From assembly GCA_040903985.1 (NCBI GenBank), contig JBBDUI010000002.1, forward strand, positions 454,038-518,037: a DNA stretch of 64,000 nucleotides, in the 5' to 3' direction. Shown piece by piece: positions 18,327-29,180 of this stretch. How positions within the stretch are numbered: the first letter of the stretch is position 1; every line of letters starts with the position of its first letter. The translations under genes were made by a program, and so were the position numbers. Origin of the DNA: Candidatus Saccharimonadales bacterium. Its GTDB lineage: Bacteria; Patescibacteriota; Saccharimonadia; QS-5-54-17. The notes under the pieces were generated by a model. That model was not told where the DNA came from. It did no database searches and saw nothing but the letters and a program-made list of their open reading frames with translations.

Positions 18327-19691
18327 ATGTTCATCAACCGCCAAAAACATAAACTAAAACGCAACATCGGCCTCTTCATGCTTTGTGTTATCGGTATCGA
18401 CGGCACGATCGGGGGAGGAGTCTTTGTGCTTCTAAGCCACGGAGCCGGGGTGGCCGGTCAGTTTTTACCCTTGTCTTTCCTACTGGGGGGCATACTGGCC
18501 TTTCTCGGAGCTTTGCTTTATGCCGAACTAGGCACCACCATACCCCGCTCTGGGGCCGACTTGCAGCTAGTGTTTAACGCTACGCGACATCGCTATTACC
18601 CTTTCATATTCTCTTGGTTGGTACTACTGGGTGATGTCGGTTATCTAGCTATTAATGCATTCGGTCTGGCTTTCTATGCTAACTTCTTCTTCAGTGTTAG
18701 TCCGTTCATAATAGCTCTTGGTGCGCTACTAGTAGCGGTAGCTATTAACCTCTGGGGCAGTTCTAAGGCCGGTGGGAGCGAAGTCGTTACCGGACTTAGT
18801 CTGCTCGGTCTATTACTGCTATATGCCGTGCTGGTGCTTCTCAGCCCAGGCTTTAGTTTTGCTCCGGGCGAATTTATCGCCCTAGTACCGGCTAATACTT
18901 TAGCGATCATCGCTGGCACCTCACTGATCTTTACTACTTTCGTGGGTTATGAATATATTGCCTCGATCGCCGAAGAAGTGAAGGATCCAGGGAAAAATAT
19001 TCCCCGGGCGTTGATGATTACGATTGCCGTAGCTACTACTGTCTTCGTCCTAGTATCTTGGGTTACGGTTAATGCCGTACCGGTTACCGAGTTGGCGGCT
19101 TCCGGTGCTCCATTCCTGCTAATCGCCGAACAGCTCGGTCCAATCGGTCTTTATGTGGTGATTCCGGCCGCCCTAATCGCTACCGCCGGTTCGCTCCTCG
19201 CTGCTACTCTAGTCTCCTCTCGACGAATATACGCCCTTAGCGAACAGGGCTACTTCAATAAGTTCTTCTCCCGTCTGAGTCGTACTCAGGTGCCTTACCG
19301 AGCCGTACTGGCTGTGGCCGTACTGGCTGTCTTCTTGCTTATGAGTAACTCGATCACTTTCGTCGCCTATATCAGCAATACGGTTTATCTTCTAGGACTG
19401 ATCGTCATCGCTATCGCTCTCATGAATCTGCGGCGCCAACGTCCATATCTGGCTCGACCCTTTAGGGTGCCATTCTTTCCCTGGATTCCTATAATCTTAA
19501 TCATCACTTCCATTGGAGTACTATTTTTCATTGGAGTACAATCGTTAGCCGCTACTTTAGTCTGGGCGTTGATCGGCTACTTTATCTACCTTACGACTAG
19601 GATTCAGGCTGCTCGACTGTACTGGGCGATGTGGGGGGCGATGGTGTTCTTGCTGCTGGGCGGTGGTGCGAGTGTTTGGTACCTACTCTAG
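18327..19691 (+). CDS. APC-family amino acid permease
   Basis: LKRNIG, IGGGVF, YAELGT.IPRSG, GYE..IAEEVKDP, RPFRVP. Confidence 0.9.
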   Translation: MFINRQKHKLKRNIGLFMLCVIGIDGTIGGGVFVLLSHGAGVAGQFLPLSFLLGGILAFLGALLYAELGTTIPRSGADLQLVFNATRHRYYPFIFSWLVLLGDVGYLAINAFGLAFYANFFFSVSPFIIALGALLVAVAINLWGSSKAGGSEVVTGLSLLGLLLLYAVLVLLSPGFSFAPGEFIALVPANTLAIIAGTSLIFTTFVGYEYIASIAEEVKDPGKNIPRALMITIAVATTVFVLVSWVTVNAVPVTELAASGAPFLLIAEQLGPIGLYVVIPAALIATAGSLLAATLVSSRRIYALSEQGYFNKFFSRLSRTQVPYRAVLAVAVLAVFLLMSNSITFVAYISNTVYLLGLIVIAIALMNLRRQRPYLARPFRVPFFPWIPIILIITSIGVLFFIGVQSLAATLVWALIGYFIYLTTRIQAARLYWAMWGAMVFLLLGGGASVWYLL

Positions 19692-20204
19692 AATCAGGAG
19701 TATGCCAGCCAACAAGTTGAGCACACCATACATACCACTAATTATGGCTAGATACAGCTGTAGGTCGGTGGTGATGCCGATATCTATCAGCCCGGTCATA
19801 AGGCTAGTGGCGAAGACTACTAGCAGGAAGCCGCTGAGCAGACTGGCCCCGCCGATAACCGGCTGGAGGCGGCGGGCGTTACTAGCATCGTAGAGCTCGG
19901 AGACAACCGCCTCAGCTTTAGTGGTTTCTTTTTCCACGTCTCGTAAGAGTTTATTGACGTCTTCTTGATCGGTGAGAGTACCAGCGTAGGTGTGTAAGGC
20001 CTGGGTGTGGATGGCGGTGTTAGCTTGCACCTCACGTTTGAGCTGATCCCATTCGGCATCTTCGGCAAATTTTTGCTCGTAGGTGGCGTTAAGCCAGTCG
20101 ATAAAATCTTTCTTAGCGGCGTGGTTGGCGATGAAGTCTAAGGCGCGTTCCCTTTCCTGCTGTTTTTTTAGGGCACGGCGTTTACTGTTCTTAACTAATT
20201 TCAT
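19683..20204 (-). CDS. Hypothetical protein, coiled coil plus two C-terminal TM
   Basis: 173 aa ORF with hydrophobic C-terminus. Confidence 0.55.
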   Translation of the reverse strand: MKLVKNSKRRALKKQQERERALDFIANHAAKKDFIDWLNATYEQKFAEDAEWDQLKREVQANTAIHTQALHTYAGTLTDQEDVNKLLRDVEKETTKAEAVVSELYDASNARRLQPVIGGASLLSGFLLVVFATSLMTGLIDIGITTDLQLYLAIISGMYGVLNLLAGILLILE

Positions 20205-20373
20205 GAGCGAGAAGGTCCTTCGGTTACTTTTATAGCTTGTCTAGATAATACCATGGTGCGCCCTATTGCGGTGGCGGCATCAGGCTGGTCGACCGGTTAA
20301 CTCTACAGGGGCTATACTTGATATATAGCCAATATTTTGGCATAGTAATAGTTGAATGATGTAAGGAGTAATT

Positions 20374-20706
20374 GTGATGATGCAACGACGCAACGTAGAA
20401 GTAGTAGAGACTGTACCTCGTGAAGATCGAGTCACTCAAGTAGTCTATTTTCTAATCAGTTTAGTGCAAGTCGTCTTACTATTCCGCTTAATTCTTCGTC
20501 TTTTCGGTGCCTCCCCGGCCGCCGGATTCGTTGAGTTTATTTACGATGTAACCGCACCTTTAGTGGCACCGTTTTTCGGTATCTTTCGGAGTGACTTTGA
20601 CTTCGCTCAGGGGGTGCTAGAGATTGAGACATTAGTCGCGATGCTGGTCTATGCTGTGGTTGGCTATCTTCTCCTGGCTTTAATCGATATTATCCGTACC
20701 CGCTAA
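20374..20706 (+). CDS. YggT-family membrane protein
   Basis: FRLILRLFGA...FIYDVTAPLVAPF pattern. Confidence 0.8.
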   Translation: MMMQRRNVEVVETVPREDRVTQVVYFLISLVQVVLLFRLILRLFGASPAAGFVEFIYDVTAPLVAPFFGIFRSDFDFAQGVLEIETLVAMLVYAVVGYLLLALIDIIRTR

Positions 20707-20743
20707 TTTGCACTCCAGCGGATAATCACTGATACTAGAACAG

Positions 20744-22111
20744 ATGAACTACACCCCTATTGCCAGTACCACCGATCTGACTGGAGAATTGACTACGGTC
20801 TGCGGTTGGGTACATAGCGTGCGTGATATGGGTAAGATGGCCTTTATCGATCTGCGCGACCACACTGGGTTGCTGCAGGTGGTGGTGGCTAGTGATGAAC
20901 TACCGCGCTTGGGCGTAGAGTGGGTGGTAGCTGTCACGGGAGAGGTTAAGGCTCGCGGCGAGCGCTTCGTGAATCCTAAACTTACCACCGGCACTGTCGA
21001 GCTTAAGGCCAGCAAGATCGAGGTGATTAATTCGGCGGCCGAGTTGCCGATCGAGATTAAGAAAGATACGAGTGCTATTAACGAGGATACCCGACTGCGT
21101 TACCGCTACCTAGATCTAAGGAGTGAGCGGATGCAGGCTAACTTGCGCTTGCGTCACCGAGTAATGCAGTTTGTACGCAACTTCTTATCCAACGCCGACT
21201 TTATCGAGATCGAGACCCCGATGTTAACCAAGGGTACGCCCGAAGGGGCGCGCGAGTATCTCGTACCGTCTCGCCTACATCCGGGTGAGTTTTTCGTTCT
21301 ACCGCAGTCACCTCAGCAGTTTAAACAACTATTAATGGTCGCCGGTTTCGGTCGCTACTTTCAATTAGCTAAAGCAATGCGGGACGAGGATCAGCGCGGC
21401 GATCGTCAGCCAGAGTTTACTCAGATCGATCTCGAGCTGTCTTTTGTCGATCAAGAAGAGATCTTACGTATCAATGAAGCGATGATGATCGAGCTAGTAG
21501 AGCAACTCATGCCGGAGCATAGGATTACGGGCATACCGTTTCCGCGCTTGACCTATGCCGAGGCGATGGAGAAGTACGGCAGTGATAAGCCCGATTTACG
21601 GGTGGATAAGAGTGATGATAAAGAGCTAGCCTTCACCTGGATTCTCGATTTCCCTATGTTCGAGACAGGAAAGGATGGCATCGCCGCTGTCCACCATCCC
21701 TTTACGTCACCGCATCCGGAGGACGCCGCTAAACTAAGCAGTGAGCCTTTAAGTGTTCGGGCTCAAGCCTACGACCTAGCCTTAAACGGCTTTGAAATGG
21801 GTAGCGGCTCAATTCGAATCGCTGATGCCAAGCTGCAGCGCCAGGTGTTTGAAATTCTGGGCATGGAAGAGGATGAGATCACCACTCGTTTTGGTCATAT
21901 GCTGGAAGCTTTTCGCTTTGGTACTCCACCGCACGGTGGCTTCGCCTATGGTTTCGACCGGCTCGTTATGGTGCTGGCTGGCGAACCCAACATTCGGGAA
22001 GTCATCGCTTTCCCGAAGACGGGAGATGCGCGCGACCCCCTGATGGGAGCGCCCTCACCAGTAGCTGAGGATAAGTTGGCTGACGTCCATATCACCTCAA
22101 TTGAGGAGTAG
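20744..22111 (+). CDS. aspS: Aspartate--tRNA ligase, short form without GAD insert, probably non-discriminating
   Basis: GWVHSVRDMG, DLRDHTG, RLRYRYLDLR, LPQSPQQFKQLLM, RQPEFTQID, PPHGG..GFDR. Confidence 0.95.
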   Translation: MNYTPIASTTDLTGELTTVCGWVHSVRDMGKMAFIDLRDHTGLLQVVVASDELPRLGVEWVVAVTGEVKARGERFVNPKLTTGTVELKASKIEVINSAAELPIEIKKDTSAINEDTRLRYRYLDLRSERMQANLRLRHRVMQFVRNFLSNADFIEIETPMLTKGTPEGAREYLVPSRLHPGEFFVLPQSPQQFKQLLMVAGFGRYFQLAKAMRDEDQRGDRQPEFTQIDLELSFVDQEEILRINEAMMIELVEQLMPEHRITGIPFPRLTYAEAMEKYGSDKPDLRVDKSDDKELAFTWILDFPMFETGKDGIAAVHHPFTSPHPEDAAKLSSEPLSVRAQAYDLALNGFEMGSGSIRIADAKLQRQVFEILGMEEDEITTRFGHMLEAFRFGTPPHGGFAYGFDRLVMVLAGEPNIREVIAFPKTGDARDPLMGAPSPVAEDKLADVHITSIEE

Positions 22112-22185
22112 GCCGCCCAGCTTTTTACTTGGCTAAGAACTAGTTGGTATAATCCTAACTAACGTTTAAAGAATAGGTAGTAGTT

Positions 22186-22914
22186 ATGTCCGGTCATTCG
22201 AAATGGCATTCGATCAAACACAAGAAAGGTGCAGCCGACGCCAAGCGGGGTAAGGAGTTCACCAAGCTAGGTAATATGATTGCTATTGCTGCCCGGGAGG
22301 GTGCCGATCCGGAGACTAACTTTAAACTGCGTCTCGCTATCGATAAGGCTAAAGGTGCTAACGTGCCTAACGCTAATATCGAAAAGGCAGTTCTGCGTGG
22401 TAGCGGCCAGCTAGAAGGTGAGCAGTTGCAGGAGATCGTCTACGAAGGCTACGGTCCTGGCGGTATCGCCGTCATCGTCGAGGCTACGACGGATAATAAA
22501 AATCGAGCTTATTCCGATATCCGCGCAGCTTTCTCGAAGAACGGTGGTAATGTGGCTGAATCCGGCGCCGTTGCTTACCAGTTCGATCGGCGCGGCATCA
22601 TTACTATCGATTCCCCTGATGTGGAAACGTTGACGTTAGCTGCCATCGATGCTGGCGCTCTCGATATCGCTGAGGATGAGGACACTGTGACAATCTATAC
22701 CGACCCCAAGGAGCTAGCCCAGGTAACTGATAAGTTAGCTGCAGTCTATGAAATTGCCTCTTCTGAGTTGGGCTTTGTGCCCCAAAACGTAATCATGATT
22801 GAAGACAGCTCTACGGCCGGCAAGGTGATTCGCCTGATGAACGCACTGGATGAGCTCGATGACGTCTCAAACACCTTCAGCAATTTCGACATTGCCGAAG
22901 GTGTAGAAGTTTAG
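22186..22914 (+). CDS. yebC: YebC/PmpR family protein
   Basis: MSGHSKWHSIKHKKG, YEGYGPGG. Confidence 0.95.
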   Translation: MSGHSKWHSIKHKKGAADAKRGKEFTKLGNMIAIAAREGADPETNFKLRLAIDKAKGANVPNANIEKAVLRGSGQLEGEQLQEIVYEGYGPGGIAVIVEATTDNKNRAYSDIRAAFSKNGGNVAESGAVAYQFDRRGIITIDSPDVETLTLAAIDAGALDIAEDEDTVTIYTDPKELAQVTDKLAAVYEIASSELGFVPQNVIMIEDSSTAGKVIRLMNALDELDDVSNTFSNFDIAEGVEV

Positions 22915-22918
22915 TTCG

Positions 22919-23389
22919 GTGCGCATTTTCGGTATCGACCCCGGTACGGCCATCACGGGCTTTGGGGTGATCGATGGTAAAGACAGCCCAACTCTAGTAA
23001 CGGCCGGGGTGATACGAACCCCGGCCAAGCAGGCGCTGGAATTACGACTAGAAGCGATCTATGCTGACTTGCTGGAGTTAATTCGAGAGTATCGACCGGA
23101 CGAGATCGCTATCGAACAGATTTTCTTCGCTACAAATGCAAAAACCGTTATCTCGGTCAGCCACGCGCGTGGGGTAGCTATGCTAGCAGCTATTCATGCC
23201 GGCGTAGCCATCGCCGAGTATACACCGCTGCAGATTAAACAGGCTATTACCGGGTACGGTCGGGCCGATAAGCAACAGATCCAGGAGATGGTGCGAGCCA
23301 TGCTGAAGCTAGAGACTGTACCAAAACCGGATGATGCGGCCGATGCTTTAGCAGTAGCGATTTGTCATTCGCAGGTACTCACCGCATAA
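22919..23389 (+). CDS. ruvC: Holliday junction resolvase RuvC
   Basis: GIDPG, EYTPLQIKQAITGYG.ADK, DDAADALA. Confidence 0.95.
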   Translation: MRIFGIDPGTAITGFGVIDGKDSPTLVTAGVIRTPAKQALELRLEAIYADLLELIREYRPDEIAIEQIFFATNAKTVISVSHARGVAMLAAIHAGVAIAEYTPLQIKQAITGYGRADKQQIQEMVRAMLKLETVPKPDDAADALAVAICHSQVLTA

Positions 23390-23397
23390 TATGTACT

Positions 23398-23961
23398 ATG
23401 ATTGCTACCTTATCCGGAGTCGTAACTGAGAAGATTGGCCAGCAGCTGGTAGTGGAAACCGGTGGGGTCGGTTACGGCGTAGCGGTAGCCCGGAGCGATC
23501 TCGAAGCGCTCCCAACCGGTCAGGAAATCAGATTCTATATTTATGAGGTTGTTCGCGAAGATGCTCATGATCTCTACGGTTTTTCAGAGTTTTTAGGCCG
23601 GGAGCTGTTCGAGCAGCTGCTCAGCGTATCCGGAGTAGGACCGAAGGTGGCCCTAGCAATTCTATCTATCGCGAATATCGATCAGGTACAGCGCGCTATT
23701 AGCACCGGAGATGTCGCTTTCTTGCAGTCGGCCAGCGGTGTCGGTAAGCGGGGAGCGGAGCGAATCGCGGTAGAGCTGAGGAACAAGGTAATAGCTAGCG
23801 GTTATCATCCGAGTGGTAGTGAAACGGCCAGTGCCGATGCGGCGCTAGAGGCACTTGAATCTCTCGGTTACTCTCGTCAGGCGGCTATGACGGCTCTGGC
23901 TAAGATACCTACCGATCTTAGTGATGAAGAACGGATAAAGCGAGCCTTAAGTGAGGTGTAG
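23398..23961 (+). CDS. ruvA: Holliday junction branch migration protein RuvA
   Basis: MIATLSG, GGVGY, VREDA..LYGF, VSGVGPKVAL. Confidence 0.95.
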   Translation: MIATLSGVVTEKIGQQLVVETGGVGYGVAVARSDLEALPTGQEIRFYIYEVVREDAHDLYGFSEFLGRELFEQLLSVSGVGPKVALAILSIANIDQVQRAISTGDVAFLQSASGVGKRGAERIAVELRNKVIASGYHPSGSETASADAALEALESLGYSRQAAMTALAKIPTDLSDEERIKRALSEV

Positions 23962-24023
23962 ATGCAGCTACTAAATCCAGCCTCAAGTTTCAGACGCTCT
24001 CTTGCTAAGAATGGAGTGCAATC

Positions 24024-25049
24024 ATGATTGAGCGCATAGTCGACAGCCAAGCCAAGCCGGATGACACCGAAGAGGAGCAGCAGGGTCTTAACTTGCGCCC
24101 GACCGTATTTGACGAGTATATCGGCCAGGAGCAGGCTAAGCGTAATCTTAAACTAGCCATCGCTGCCGCTAAACAGAGAGGCGAGGCCGTCGACCATGTC
24201 TTACTGCACGGACCACCTGGATTGGGTAAGACGACCCTAGCCGGCGTGATTGCTCGAGAGATGGGTGCTAATCTGCGTATAACTTCCGGACCGGCCATCG
24301 AACGCGCCGGAGATCTGGCCTCCCTACTCACTAACCTTAAAGACGGTGACATTCTCTTTATCGATGAGATTCATCGCTTGCCCCGCACCGTGGAAGAGGT
24401 GCTATATCCAGCGATGGAAGATTTTAATCTTGACATCATGATCGGCAAAGGCCCCTCAGCTCGCAGTCTGCGCCTCGATCTGCCCCGGTTTACCATTATC
24501 GGCGCCACTACGCGCATCGGGGCGCTTTCGGCGCCGCTGCGAGATCGTTTCGGTATGATTCATCGGCTTGAGTTCTACACTCACGAGGAGATGGTAGAGA
24601 TCATCGAACGCTCCGGCCGTATCATTGAGATTGAGCTAGAACTGGCCGCCGCCCAAGAGATCGCTAAACGGGCTCGTTTAACGCCACGGGTAGCTAACCG
24701 ACTTTTACGTCGAGTACGCGACATGGCAGAAGTTAATGGCCAGGGTGTGGCCACCCATGCTATCGCCAAGGACGCCTTGGCACTACTTGAAATCGATGAA
24801 CTGGGACTAGACACTGCCGATCGTAGTTTACTGAGTGCTATTATCGAGAACTACGATGGCGGCCCGGTTGGGATCGACACCATCGCAGCGTTGATATCGG
24901 AGGAGCGTTCGACTATTGAGGATGTTTACGAGCCTTATTTGATGCAGATTGGATTTCTGGAGCGCACGCCCAGAGGACGGAAAGTTAGTCAGAAGGCCTA
25001 TAGGCATCTCAGCTTCGACACTAAGAACGAACCCCAGCCGCTACTGTAG
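24024..25049 (+). CDS. ruvB: Holliday junction branch migration helicase RuvB
   Basis: [39 protein letters not shown]. Confidence 0.97.
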   Translation: MIERIVDSQAKPDDTEEEQQGLNLRPTVFDEYIGQEQAKRNLKLAIAAAKQRGEAVDHVLLHGPPGLGKTTLAGVIAREMGANLRITSGPAIERAGDLASLLTNLKDGDILFIDEIHRLPRTVEEVLYPAMEDFNLDIMIGKGPSARSLRLDLPRFTIIGATTRIGALSAPLRDRFGMIHRLEFYTHEEMVEIIERSGRIIEIELELAAAQEIAKRARLTPRVANRLLRRVRDMAEVNGQGVATHAIAKDALALLEIDELGLDTADRSLLSAIIENYDGGPVGIDTIAALISEERSTIEDVYEPYLMQIGFLERTPRGRKVSQKAYRHLSFDTKNEPQPLL

Positions 25050-25080
25050 AGGGCCCATAGTTAAGCGCGAAGTAGCTTAA

Positions 25081-25374
25081 CTATGGGCTAAATGGGTCGC
25101 GAGTACCGAGATTGTTGGCTTCGGCGTCGACCTTAGTCTCAAGCAGTCCCTCGATTCGCTGCTGTAGCTCGGTGTCGATGTTGATGGTGGTACTGGGCAG
25201 TTCTGTTTGCTGTCGGCGCAAGTAATCAGGGTCGTGAGTTGGGTCGCTGATACTCTGCGCTTGCCACAGAGTGAAACCGAAAAGACCGAGAATGACCAGC
25301 CAAGAGATGATTAACCGATGACGATTAAGTAGGATAGGCAGTCGTTTAAGTTGTTGTATGTTAGGTATACTCAT
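25081..25374 (-). CDS. Pilus-cluster membrane protein (PilP-like position)
   Basis: Single TM, C-terminal RDPF motif, last gene of the pilMNO operon. Confidence 0.55.
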   Translation of the reverse strand: MSIPNIQQLKRLPILLNRHRLIISWLVILGLFGFTLWQAQSISDPTHDPDYLRRQQTELPSTTINIDTELQQRIEGLLETKVDAEANNLGTRDPFSP

Positions 25375-25925
25375 GGTTTTAAGAACACCTCTAAATTGAC
25401 ATTAAACTGCAGCTGATTACTACCGGCTCGGGATATACTCAGGTCATTAATCTGCATATAGCGCTGTTGATTCTCGATCTTCTGTAAGAGCTCTACGAAC
25501 TGCGCGTAAGAACTGGTAATCTGAAACTGCACTGGCATGACCAGTACACCCGGTACCTCAGCGGCTAAGGTCTGACTGATTTCTCCTGGCCGGCCGGAAG
25601 TTGACTGAAAGTTAAGCCCACTCAGCTGCACCCCGATACTATCGACGATCGAGTCTAGCTGCAGAGTTACTTCCGTCTGACGCTTCTCCGTTGGTAACAC
25701 CTCATAAACCTGCTCTTGCAGTGGTCCGATCTCTTCGTACTCTGCTTCGAGTCGATCGAAGCTTTCGAGTTGCTGGTTAACTAGCATGATGTCTGAGAGG
25801 ACGGCTGAGAGGCGGGTGCTTTTTTCGTTTAAGGCTTGATGGGATAGCCAGAAGCTGGTCAGACCGACTAGTGACAGCAGTGCCACTAGTCCGGCTAAGA
25901 GTAGGGTTAATTGGCTCGGCTTCAT
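25371..25925 (-). CDS. pilO: Type IV pilus assembly protein PilO
   Basis: TM, coiled coil, LP, SYAQFVELLQKIE..QRYMQI; order M-N-O. Confidence 0.8.
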   Translation of the reverse strand: MKPSQLTLLLAGLVALLSLVGLTSFWLSHQALNEKSTRLSAVLSDIMLVNQQLESFDRLEAEYEEIGPLQEQVYEVLPTEKRQTEVTLQLDSIVDSIGVQLSGLNFQSTSGRPGEISQTLAAEVPGVLVMPVQFQITSSYAQFVELLQKIENQQRYMQINDLSISRAGSNQLQFNVNLEVFLKP

Positions 25926-26464
25926 TGGGCGCTTCCTGGAGCAAAGGCCATTACTACGCTGACACTGTAGTCTCCTTCACCGGTCTGATTAATGCTTTGG
26001 ATATCGACCGATTCGATTCTTTCACTAGCAGAGAGGGCATTCTTGATTCGCCCGGCGGCGGCGAAAGTGTCGGCCGTGACCAGTAGTTGGACCGGTTGTT
26101 CGACCTCACCGGTTAGGACGATGCTGTTGATGTAGGCACCTTGAGGCAAGGTGGCAGCTAAATCCTGAAGTAAGGTGCTGAAGAGTGTCTGTTGGGTGTA
26201 GAGACTATCGATGGTGGTAAGCCGGGAGTTTAACTGGCTTAGCTCACCCTTTAGCGCATCGTACTCTCTTAGTTCGTCCTGGCGTTCACTGAGGGCTAAC
26301 TCGTAGTCGGCTATCTGCTGATCAGCATAGCGATGGGTCAGCCATAAAGTAGCCCCGAGCAGCCCACCGGCTAAAATTATTAGCAGGGCATATCGTACTA
26401 GTATTGTGTTATAGCGGGAATACTGGATCTGCGTAGAGATTTCGGGTGGCAATAGGTTGATCAC
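25922..26464 (-). CDS. pilN: Type IV pilus assembly protein PilN
   Basis: MINLLP motif, TM, coiled coil. Confidence 0.88.
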   Translation of the reverse strand: MINLLPPEISTQIQYSRYNTILVRYALLIILAGGLLGATLWLTHRYADQQIADYELALSERQDELREYDALKGELSQLNSRLTTIDSLYTQQTLFSTLLQDLAATLPQGAYINSIVLTGEVEQPVQLLVTADTFAAAGRIKNALSASERIESVDIQSINQTGEGDYSVSVVMAFAPGSAQ

Positions 26465-27522
26465 GACTCCATCTCCTTAAGCGCTAGGCCGACGGCTGTA
26501 GTATAAAGTGTAGTCTCTAGCTGGTGCGGCGGCTGGAGGGGGGCGATATTTAGATTCTGCCACGGGTCACAGGTGCTAACGGCCAGCCCGGTTAGGTGGG
26601 CTAGGAAGTCGCTCAAACCGGGCAGGTTAGCCCCGCCCCCGACGATGACGATCTCTTCGATCGGCTGATCGAAGTTAGTATGGTCGTGGTGATAACGCAG
26701 CATTTTTTGGACTTCATCAGCTAGTCGACTGAGAATGGGTGCGAGGGCAGGAGCTAACTGCTCCTGCCATTTACTTTTCTTAATTCCGACTCGGCTCATG
26801 ATGTCTTCGGCTTGATGGGCCTCGATATTAAGGGTCTCGGCAATCTGGCGACTAATGTGCATTCCTCCGGTAGTGATGGTGCTGGTTAATTGGACGTTAC
26901 CGTCATAGATGGCTAAGTCGCTGGATTCGGAGCCGAAGTCGATGACGACCTTAGGTGAGCTATTAGCGCGCGCATGGTTAACGGCGCGCATGATAGCAAA
27001 TAGACTTGGTTCCATAGCGTAGACCTCGAGATCTAGCTGGTCTAGGAGATCGATGTAGGAAGCAACTATCTTCTTCGGAGCTGCTACCATCAGTACCATC
27101 GTCTCTGGGTGTTCGTCGGTAGATTCGGAGGTGACGGTGTAGTCGAGATGAACTTCTTCGGCCGGTAATGGGACGTACTGGTCGGCTTCCAGCTCTACCG
27201 CAGTCTCTAGGTCGGTATTCTCGATAGTTGGCAGGGTAATGACCCGAGTGAAGATATGGGCTGTAGGGATAGCTACGACGGCTCGGTCGGTAGTTAGCTC
27301 GCCGATGACGACCTGCTTCAGCAATGGTTTAAGCGCCTTAACTAGCAGGTCTGGTTTAGTAATGACTCCTTTTTCGACGGCACTTGGATCAAAGTCGGCA
27401 TAGCCGTAACCGATTACTCTGATGCCCGTTTTATCACGCTGGAGCTGCACTACCTTAACGGTAGAGTGCCCGATATCGATCGCGAACAGTGGTTTGTCTT
27501 TATAGAGGAGTGGAGTATGCAT
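26461..27522 (-). CDS. pilM: Type IV pilus assembly protein PilM
   Basis: AIDIGHSTVKVV, EADQYVP, IDFG, VGGGANLPGL, YTTAVGLAL. Confidence 0.92.
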   Translation of the reverse strand: MHTPLLYKDKPLFAIDIGHSTVKVVQLQRDKTGIRVIGYGYADFDPSAVEKGVITKPDLLVKALKPLLKQVVIGELTTDRAVVAIPTAHIFTRVITLPTIENTDLETAVELEADQYVPLPAEEVHLDYTVTSESTDEHPETMVLMVAAPKKIVASYIDLLDQLDLEVYAMEPSLFAIMRAVNHARANSSPKVVIDFGSESSDLAIYDGNVQLTSTITTGGMHISRQIAETLNIEAHQAEDIMSRVGIKKSKWQEQLAPALAPILSRLADEVQKMLRYHHDHTNFDQPIEEIVIVGGGANLPGLSDFLAHLTGLAVSTCDPWQNLNIAPLQPPHQLETTLYTTAVGLALKEMES

Positions 27523-27635
27523 AAATATCTTTAGTTAACCACTAGCATTATAGCAGCCTCTCGGTCACCTCTCTGTTTTGATTCAGCCTAATCGCTTTGA
27601 GTCTAAGTGGCACGTCTAACTCCCCCGTTATGTTG

Positions 27636-29180
27636 CTATTCAAATATCTGCTGGTAGTTTTTGATCGACCAGATACTGGAGCCGGAAGAGAGTTCGGTAC
27701 CGAAGACGATATTACCGGCTCCACGCAGTTCGACCGTCTGACCGATGGTTCCTCCGGTGGTACCGCTACCTAGGACCGTCACTTTGCTCCAGCGGGCGTA
27801 GAAGAGTGAGCCGGGAGCCTGGGCAGCACCGCGAATAGTTATCGTTTCGTTATCGCGTGAGCTGTGTAGTTCACTACCACTTAAACTAGTACAGTCTGGA
27901 CTACAGCTGCCATCGCTGTGATAGGTGATAATGGTAGCGGCAATGCCGCTACCATTAGGTATGATTCGGGTAGAAGCACCGATGTCGGCTCCACCGGAAC
28001 CGTCAATCATAATAACCGGCGACTCAGTGGCCGCATCGGAGATGTGGATACTGGAAGCACCACCGGTATTGAGGTTGCCGTCGATCCAGATATCACCGGT
28101 GATGGTGAGCGTACAGCTTCCACCGGTGTTAAGGTTCCCGGTGACGTGAAGATTAGCTGGCAGGGTAGCGGTAGTGCTGCCATTGCAACTGGCTTGGGCG
28201 GAAGTATAAGTAGAATTAACAGTATCGATCTGACCTTGTCGATCGTAGGGTGGCATCTCTAACTCTTCAGCTACACATCCCTCAGCGACACCGGAATGGC
28301 TAGTAAAGTTCGGTGTAGTCAGTGTCTGGTGGGTGGCACAGACGTCACCGTAGATTCGGTTCGACCAGACGTTTGCGGTGATTGGGTTGCCCATATTGGC
28401 GGGACAGAGTGATGGGTAGGAGGTGTAGGGGGCGGACACTGGACAACGAATATTAGCCACTCTAACGTCTACCGGATTGGAGCTGTTACCGATACGGGCC
28501 GAGCCAGACATCTGAATGTAGCCGTTGACGTGGACTGGACCGTTGGAGATAGTGGCTGAGCCTGTCAATATAAGCCCCCCTGCGCCGGCGCGTACGGCAT
28601 GATTCTCAGTAGTCGAGGTGCCGACCACAATTACTCGAGCGCTCCGTACTACTGCCGCTTCTTCATCATCGGGATCTATATAGCTCCGGCCGGTTGCGGT
28701 GATGATCTTCTCATTATCGAGACTACCGTTTGTCACGGTAGTCTGATAGGTTGTCCGACCTTGGTTAGTGTTATTGATGAACTCGGTCTCGGTATTGAAG
28801 CCGGGAAAATCAGGGTCTTCGTTAAGCATAAACAAACTCTGCTCGATACCAGCCTCAGCAGTGAGCATGGCGTTAGCAGCTACTACCCCGCGACTAGTAC
28901 GGTCGAGCTGGGCGAGAACGAGGGCAGAGAGTGAGAGGCCGAGAGTAAGGACGATCAGCATGACGATTAACATCGTCGGTAGTATCATCCCCTCAGCGCT
29001 AGCTAACCGTGCTGGCGCTGTCCACCGATTCTGCCAACGCTCTTTGTGTATCGCTATCTCAGAGGTGTCCAGCGCTCGTGCAGCGTCCCACTTCGTACGT
29101 TTTAGTGCGCGCTTCACACTCGCCTTGCACTGAGCACACGCGCATAAGCTCTGGCCGGTGGTAAGGCCTAGATCAATCAT
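27636..29180 (-). CDS. PilX-like minor pilin/adhesin with long leader and beta-rich C-terminal domain
   Basis: EG|MILPT hydrophobic helix, AEAGIE motif; start 29180 overlaps upstream stop. Confidence 0.75.
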   Translation of the reverse strand: MIDLGLTTGQSLCACAQCKASVKRALKRTKWDAARALDTSEIAIHKERWQNRWTAPARLASAEGMILPTMLIVMLIVLTLGLSLSALVLAQLDRTSRGVVAANAMLTAEAGIEQSLFMLNEDPDFPGFNTETEFINNTNQGRTTYQTTVTNGSLDNEKIITATGRSYIDPDDEEAAVVRSARVIVVGTSTTENHAVRAGAGGLILTGSATISNGPVHVNGYIQMSGSARIGNSSNPVDVRVANIRCPVSAPYTSYPSLCPANMGNPITANVWSNRIYGDVCATHQTLTTPNFTSHSGVAEGCVAEELEMPPYDRQGQIDTVNSTYTSAQASCNGSTTATLPANLHVTGNLNTGGSCTLTITGDIWIDGNLNTGGASSIHISDAATESPVIMIDGSGGADIGASTRIIPNGSGIAATIITYHSDGSCSPDCTSLSGSELHSSRDNETITIRGAAQAPGSLFYARWSKVTVLGSGTTGGTIGQTVELRGAGNIVFGTELSSGSSIWSIKNYQQIFE